NCBI GenBank assembly: GCA_023213395.1 | Contig: CM041465.1 | Location: forward strand, 183,961,741 to 184,025,740 | Length of the DNA stretch: 64,000 bases | From: Cycas panzhihuaensis | Lineage: Eukaryota > Plantae > Cycadophyta | Direction of reading: 5' to 3' | In this document: positions 56,860 through 64,000 of the stretch, piece after piece | Numbering within the stretch: position 1 is the stretch's first letter | Layout: every line of letters starts with the position of its first letter | Program-made: the position numbers and the translations under genes | Notes under the pieces: model-generated | Seen by the model: only the letters and a program-made list of their open reading frames with translations | The model's database searches: none | What the model was told of the DNA's origin: nothing

Positions 56860-59800
56860 TGATATTCAATGAGTGACTTGGTGAACACATTCACAAGCTA
56901 AAATTCACTTGGATAATAGTTGACCTATAGCTTCCCTAACTTTATCTATTTAGGGATATAATGGTGATGAATCTTGATATGCTTCATACGTCCATGAAAC
57001 TCTAGATTCTTTGATACATGAATGGTACTCTGATTATCAATAAAGATAATTAGATGTTCATTGGAAACTCCAAGAGACTGTACAACCATACTACTTCCTT
57101 CGCACCAATATTGAGTCCTTGATATTCAGTCTCTATAGTAAATAGAGCCAGTGTCTATTACTTCTACAACTACCATGAAACAAACCAATTACTAACACCA
57201 AATATGTGTCTAGTAGTGGACTTCTGATCATCAGAGTCTCATCCTCAATCAACATCTATATAGCCATTCAACCTTATCTCTTCACCTCAATGGTATTTGA
57301 GACTAATATTGATTGTCCACTTCAGGGACTTTAGAATCTACTTTATTGCAACCAAATGAGGCTCTTGAAGATTCTATATATATTAGGAAGCCAATCTAAT
57401 AGTATATGTAATATATGGCCTAGTATGAGTCAAGTAGATCAAACTTCCTACTAACTAGTGATATTTCATGCAACAGGTTTGTAATTTTACATCCCAAACT
57501 TCTCTAGTAAGCTCTTCATATATTGTGACTATAACAACATGATTTGATCATCCATCTATTTGATCTAAATGCCTAAGAAATAGTGAAATCTCCTAAGGTC
57601 TGTCATATCAAATAAATCTCTCAAATTAGACTTGACTTTAGCTATAGTCTTGTCACAATTAGTGCTAATGATTAAATCATCTACATAAACCATGCAAGCA
57701 ACTATTGAAGTCACTCTCCTTTTCACATACAAATTCAGGTTGAGTTCTGAAATCTCAAAACCTTCATCTTTCAACTTGGCATCCATCTTCACATACTAAA
57801 CATAGGGTGCTTGTTTCAGGCCATAGATGAACTTCTTTAATCAATAAAAAAGATGCTCTTAATTATCCTTAATGAATCCCAGAGGTTGTGACATATAAAT
57901 CTCCTCTTCTAAATCTCTATTAAGGAATGCAGACTTGATGTCCATCTACTATAACTCCCAACCATAAGTAGTTACTAAGAAAATGATTAATTAGACTATT
58001 TTCATTCTGGAGACTGGTGCAAATGTCTCCTCATAGTCAATTCCTTCTTTTTTCTTAAAACCTTAAGTGACAAGCATGGCCTTGTATTTGTCCACCTCTC
58101 CATCATAGCAGAATTTTGTCTTATAGACCCACTTACATCTAACAAGGTTTTTCATTAGAGGGAGTAGAACCAAATCTCGTATATCGTTCTTCATCAATGA
58201 ACCATACTCTTCGTCCATTGTAGCTCTCCGAAGAGGATCTCATTCCACCTCATCAAATGAATTAGGATCACTAAAGTTATTAGTATCTACTAATAGAGTT
58301 CAATTAGCATGCTGACTTCTTGTTCTTCTATCATCAGTTAGGGCTCACATTGTTACCTCAAAATCTTTGATAGTCTTCCTTACCCATAAAGGTATAAAAA
58401 GACTCATTATTAGAGGTACTTCTTCTCACGACAACTCCTCATTATTAAACATCCCACTTGGTCCTACTTCCTCATGGATTTTAGTGATTGACTTATTATC
58501 CTCTTCACTTGATAAATCTGGAAATAGGAATAAGAGGGGTAAAAAGACTCTTTTGATGATCTATTAGCATGATATGTTGATGACTCATCAAATTTTACAT
58601 CTTGACTAACCGCAATCTTCTTCCCTTATGGATCCCATAGTTTGTAAGCTTTATTTTGATTATAATAGCCCATGAATATGCACTTCACTCTTCTAATCCA
58701 ACTTCTTGTAAGTATCATCTGGGATGTAGGCATATGCAATACACCTAAAGGTTCCCAAATGGCTAATGATAGGCTTATGATCGATCTATTTCTCTTCAGG
58801 GGTCATGCTATGAACTGGCTGATTAGGTACCCAATTCGAGATATAAATAGTAGTCAGCACAGCCTCTGCCCAAAACATCAGTAGCAGGATTTTAGCATGC
58901 ACCATACACTTCACCATCTCTATCATGGTATGGTTTTTTCATTCAACAACTCCATTCTATTGTGGGAGATATGAGACTGTAAATTCCTACTTTATACCAT
59001 GATTGTAGTAAAATTGATTAAATATGTGGTTGTCATATTCCTTGCCATTATCACTTCTTAACAACTTAATCTTTTTATCACTTCTATTTTCTACCATTGC
59101 TTTCTAGTCACGGAACCAATCAGACATATCTGACTTATTTTTGAGAAAGTAAACCCGTGCCTTTTTGGTATAATCATCTACAAATACAAGGGTGTAATAA
59201 GCTCTTGATATTGAAAGGTTTGGAAAAGGACCCATTATATATGAATGTATAAGCTCCAACTTCTCCTTGGCTCTTTAGGCATTCTCCTGAGCAAAAGGTT
59301 AACAATGATGCTTGCCATACATACACCGTTCATAAACACCATCTGAGCAGGAAACTAATGGCAATCATTCCACCATCTTCAACCTTTTCAGTAGTGTAAT
59401 ATTCATATAATTAAGGTGTCTTAGGCGATTGTGCAAGAGTTTACTCATGTCATCAATACTAGCAACAAAGGCATAAGACTTCTTCTGAGATTAAAATTTC
59501 TAAAACATCCAAAAGTTGTCCCTAACTTTACCAATAGTAATGACTGAGAAGTTCTACTTCAAATCCTTAATCAGGCATTTATCATTACAAAGCTCCACCT
59601 TCACACCTTGTTTGCATATTTTTTGGGCTTAAAGAAGATTCAACTACATCTTGGGTACATAGTATACCCCAGTCAATTTATCACTTGCAATGGATACTTT
59701 GCCGATACCTTCTATCAGTAAAATGCAAGCATCTCTAAGGACTATTTTAGCACCACTCTAATTTTTGTTTATTGTATTAAAGTTATGCTTCTGGTAAGAG

Positions 59801-60695
59801 ATATACTTTTGTGCTCCAGAGTTAAGTACCCAATAATCTTTCTAATCTGACTCGTTTGAGAAGGCTTTTGCTTAGACAAAATAAGCAACAATGCTTTTTC
59901 CTTTATCATCTTGGCTAACTTCGTATTTGTCAAGTCTTTTGAACTCATAGTTCTTCTCTCAATGACCATCCTTCTTATAGTAATTATATTTTCCATTGAA
60001 CTTCTTCTTGTCTTATAAACTTTCTCCTAACCTCTGTGTGATCTTCTCCTCCTTAATGACCACTTTCCTCCAAGTCTTCATGGCTAGGGCCTGACTAAAT
60101 TCACAACGACCAAGTACACCATGATGTTTCAGCTTGGAATCCTCTATTAGAATTAGGTTTTTAAGCTTATCAAAGGTTTCTACCTCCATCACCTCATCTC
60201 TACCATATATGGTATGGAAAGTGGCAAATACAACTGGTAGTTTTAACATAATTATTATAAATAGTAAGGTATCATCGATCGAGTCCTGCTTTAATTCTTC
60301 TAGCGTATTCTTTAGGTCTATAATCTTATTCATGTAGGATTTGATGTTATTCTTATCTTCCATACATGAATTGAGTAACTCAAATATTAAGGCAAGATGT
60401 TTATTCATCTTCTTCTTCTCAAATACATCACACAATTTTATCCATATCTCGTATGGTTTATCTAGATTATGATCCAATGCTCTTAAGTCTAGTGCCAGTG
60501 ATAGATTCAATAGTCCCACAACCATAAATTTCTTCTCTTCGAGACAAGCATGCTCTTTATGGTCTAATGGAATCAATCCACCTTAGCCTTAGTGATACCC
60601 CAAAGTTGATTCACCATCAAAATAAGTGCCATATTGGCCTTCCACTCATTGAAATTATTACCATTAAAGATAACCTTGGGCATAATGTACTCCAT
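56860..60695 (-). pseudogene. copia gag-pol pseudogene of N
   Basis: ATG at 60695; ORF fragments 60013-60576 (gag) and 57565-57792 (RT). Confidence 0.88.
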
Positions 60696-62200
60696 CTTGA
60701 GAAACATGCTTCAATATGCGATAAATAATACTAAAACAATTGTCTTTAGGATAAAAATACACCCTTGTATCCTGCTCTAGCCCAAGGGCACACTCTAGAG
60801 GACACTAAACACCGACTATACACATGTTAAGTAAGTCACTGACTATTTTCCCTCACAAATAGCCAATAAATGCCCTTAAGTAACCTTAAAAGTATTAAAA
60901 AATGAACCTTAAGGTACTTAAAAAAGGTGCTCTAATAATAAAGGACGGCTCCACATGGCAAAAATACATGGTCTCCAAGTTATAAACATAAAAATTCTTC
61001 TCGATTCATGCCTAAAATAACTCAAGGATGCTTCAAATACTTGACACTATGAAATAATGTGATTTTTCAATGGTATAAAGAGCTCTTTTTATAAAGTTTC
61101 ATTGAGGGGAATATGCCAAAGGGTATATTCCAACTATTACAACTTTATATGGACAACTGCATCTTATCACTTAAGCCACATGCTTTATTCCTTTATTATA
61201 TCATCTCAACAATATTACTAAGGTCTTAACTTAGTCAAATATCATCAAGAAAGAGATATAAAAAGTCACACCATGTGATCCAAGAGACGCGACTGCTATA
61301 ACTTAAATTTGGCCTATGCACTATGTATAGACTAGCACTCTAAACTACATGCTTGCACTACCTATTTGGCTAGTATACAAATAGATCTTAGCCTAGCCAC
61401 ATCAAATAAGGATACTAATACGTAGAATTAATAATAGACCCCAAGGGAAGTGGCCCAGTCATACTAAATACACTTAGCTAATGCAAATACATGCCCAACC
61501 ACCTTAATAAGCATATGCCCAAACTTAATACATTTGTACTATGCTTAATTCATATACATAAATAGCATGACTACCTCATAACACATAGATAAAGGCACAA
61601 AATATGCATATAATTAAGATATAGGATCACACTTCCCAAATAAAAGTACTATAACTCAAAAAAATAGCTTATGATACTTTTTACTACTATATACTCAGTC
61701 TAATCTCAGTATAGAGGGATGAAAACATTCCAATAGGCTACAATCTCTCTTTTATATAGACTAGATACAAGTAATACTAGAAAAGGATTACTCTTTTTTT
61801 TATTTTATGGTGTTTTAGATAGGTAAATAAACAACTTACTTGTGTATATAGATGATTATCCTTATAGTCATTGAATCACTATCAGTACATGTCATGTTGG
61901 CTTGAATCACCCCAATAAATCATCAACCCACTTTAAATGGCCTCCAACGAGCCAACTCAAACCATAATCGAGGCCTTCACACCTAATTATTGACTCCAAT
62001 AAACCCTTATACCCTATTGAATAATGATTTTTATTGCTTCAACTACCATTGATTTGTTGTGCATACTTCTGCATGTTATTAGAGATGGTGGACCCTCAGG
62101 ACAAGTCATGGGTTTAACAACTTCACCCAACAACTAATGGTCTCACCACTCCACTAAACATTAGGCTTTAGTTATGTGGGACCCTACAACTCTAATACCA

Positions 62201-62555
62201 TATTTGAGAATATGAAATTATACAGGGATATTCCCATTTGCAGAATCTTTAACCATACACAGCAAGTAAATAAAAATACACACAAAATACATATGCACAA
62301 TACACGAAATTTATGTGGGAAAACCCTTTCGGGAAAAAACTCATCACAAAAGATTTTTCTAGATCATATTTATTATTCTATAATTGATTTGATACATTGA
62401 ATACACAAAGCTTTAAGGCTTTTATACTCTTCTAAGAGTTGTCACTTGATTAGGATTATGACCCTCTGAATAACTCGCATCTTTTCACTTAATCACCTTA
62501 GTTAAATAGCATTAACATTAACTTAGTAGCTTAATAGTTAATTGCCACGTTAATG
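62201..62555 (-). repeat. 5' LTR of N (355 bp)
   Basis: Adjacent to the PBS and the TSD. Confidence 0.9.
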
Positions 62556-63404
62556 CTAATTAAACCTTTCAAGTAGTAAAATAATAATATTATTATGTGT
62601 GATTACTCTTTAAAATGAGAAACCCTTTTAGAATCTAAGTATATTTCCTATCAACTGCTCTTATGACAATCTAATTGGTTACCTTTAATAGTCTAATAAG
62701 ACCATTTCTTTATCAATATTTATAATGCTTCGCAAATATTGGTAAAATAATTAGTTATTGGTGTTGAATCATTTATCTGTTGAGGCGTCTTATCCTTCAT
62801 TGTGATGTGATAATGAATAATATATCCAAGTGATTATTTAATCAATCAAAAGGCCACCTATGTACTCTTTCCTAAATGACAATCAATCTCCTATTATCAT
62901 TTATGTTTGTTTGATACTGTGAATTAATTAAGGTGTTTTATCATTTACTTACCTTGGATTTTACTACAAATATGAGATTTGAATGTCACAGCTATAATCC
63001 ACATATATTCACTTCATTGTGTTACTCATTTGAATAATCAAGGTAGTTGCTTTGAATTGAGATATAATAGTATTATTTTTTTTAAGTACCGTTCATATTC
63101 CCTTAAGCACATTCGTAATAGTCATCTACTTAATTGTTCATAAGTAGTGAGTTAATAGTTCTACAAATAAAATTTCAAGTAATGGTTATTATCAAATCAA
63201 GTCTATTATACACCTCCTTTTGTGCATCTAAAATGCCCAAGAAGGAGATATATATACCTATAACTGTAGATAAAGAGCTAAAGTTAAAGTTGCTCTTCAT
63301 TAACATCTTTTATCATTCTCTAGTGTTGCCTTTCTAGCATAATTTAACTATAGTATCGTATAAAAAGAAAATTAACTTTCTTATTAACCATCTATATATT
63401 GGAG

Positions 63405-64000
63405 TGTAATGTCATCACTCAACTCCCTTTTACCTACCAAGATTGTGCACCTCAATTTACACATGTGATGCTCAACATGTCAAGGTAAGTTAAGGTAAGT
63501 TGAGTTAGTTTCATTTGAGTTAAGTGAATATTATTTTATTATTATTTTGAATTCAGGGATTGAGGAGTTTCTCTCCTCCCCCAAAATTATTTATATTATC
63601 GGGTGTACAACCCTAGTGTTTTTAGACACCGCCTCCTTTGAGGATATTTGTCATGTTCTCAATAATAATAGATTGAAGACAATGCTAGCATGCTCTCATA
63701 GTTCATTTGTACAATATCGATCTACATTGCTATATTGTTACATAGATTTGTATTGAATATTTGATGCAATACTGTTATTTTGAATATATTGAAGTTTATT
63801 ATATCTTCTACCCTGTTCTCCTTGTGTATTATTGTTCCTTCATTTGGTATCAGGGCAGACGATTGCTGGCTAGTTGAAGTTTTAAAGAAGAACAATAGGA
63901 TTTACTGGCATTCTACGGTAAATTTTCTTACAAGAAAGATATATTAGCTATATTTATTTTTTAAAAAATTTTCAACAAGTTTTTATATATTTTTCATCAA
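63405..64000 (+). mobile_element. Element O: probable 5' LTR (~63405-63842) + Met PBS of an element extending beyond the window
   Basis: ...CTTCA-tt-TGGTATCAGGGC at 63845-63856. Candidate start TGTAATG at 63405 is less certain. Confidence 0.6.

Larger units (their letters stand above)
56352..62555 (-). mobile_element. Element N: full-length degenerate Ty1/copia with ~1.5-kb leader
   Basis: LTRs 56352-56705 and 62201-62555; TSD ttaat/ctaat; PBS ctctaatacca 62190-62200; PPT tccccccttaa 56706-56716; gag FNGNNFNEWK, IN LELIHSYIMGP, RT VYVDDLII, RH VFTKSL. Confidence 0.92.

Noticed and set aside
56765-62190. Similar tgggacc..tacaac motifs near N's PPT and PBS
   Set aside because: Too short and gapped to distinguish from chance.

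Overview
AT-rich plant heterochromatin-type window made almost entirely of nested, heavily decayed transposable elements. The source is probably a large gymnosperm-like genome, inferred from element types and decay pattern and not proven. I found no host gene, RNA gene or CRISPR array. Left to right: (A) a Tat/Ogre-like Ty3/gypsy element (- strand, 1-13816) with ~3.2-kb LTR, tRNA-Arg PBS, 3' tandem arrays and a nested chromovirus LTR fragment; (B) a Ty1/copia element (+); two small gypsy-like remnants (C, D); a possible hAT transposase relic; a ~2.1-kb compound (TA)/(TG)/(CA) microsatellite; an L1 LINE with RNase H (F) split by a full-length Tork/Tnt1-like copia (G); two truncated copia elements (H, I); a full-length chromovirus (J) inserted in an LTR; an LTR flanked by both PPT and PBS (L); a full-length copia (N); and the 5' LTR of a further element at the right edge (O). 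All coding regions are pseudogenised. I found no new intact biological system. The strongest unexplained signal is a near-pure C>T/G>A decay of LTR pairs that looks enriched at CpA/TpG (RIP-like). All alignments and translations were done by eye, so boundaries marked ~ are approximate.
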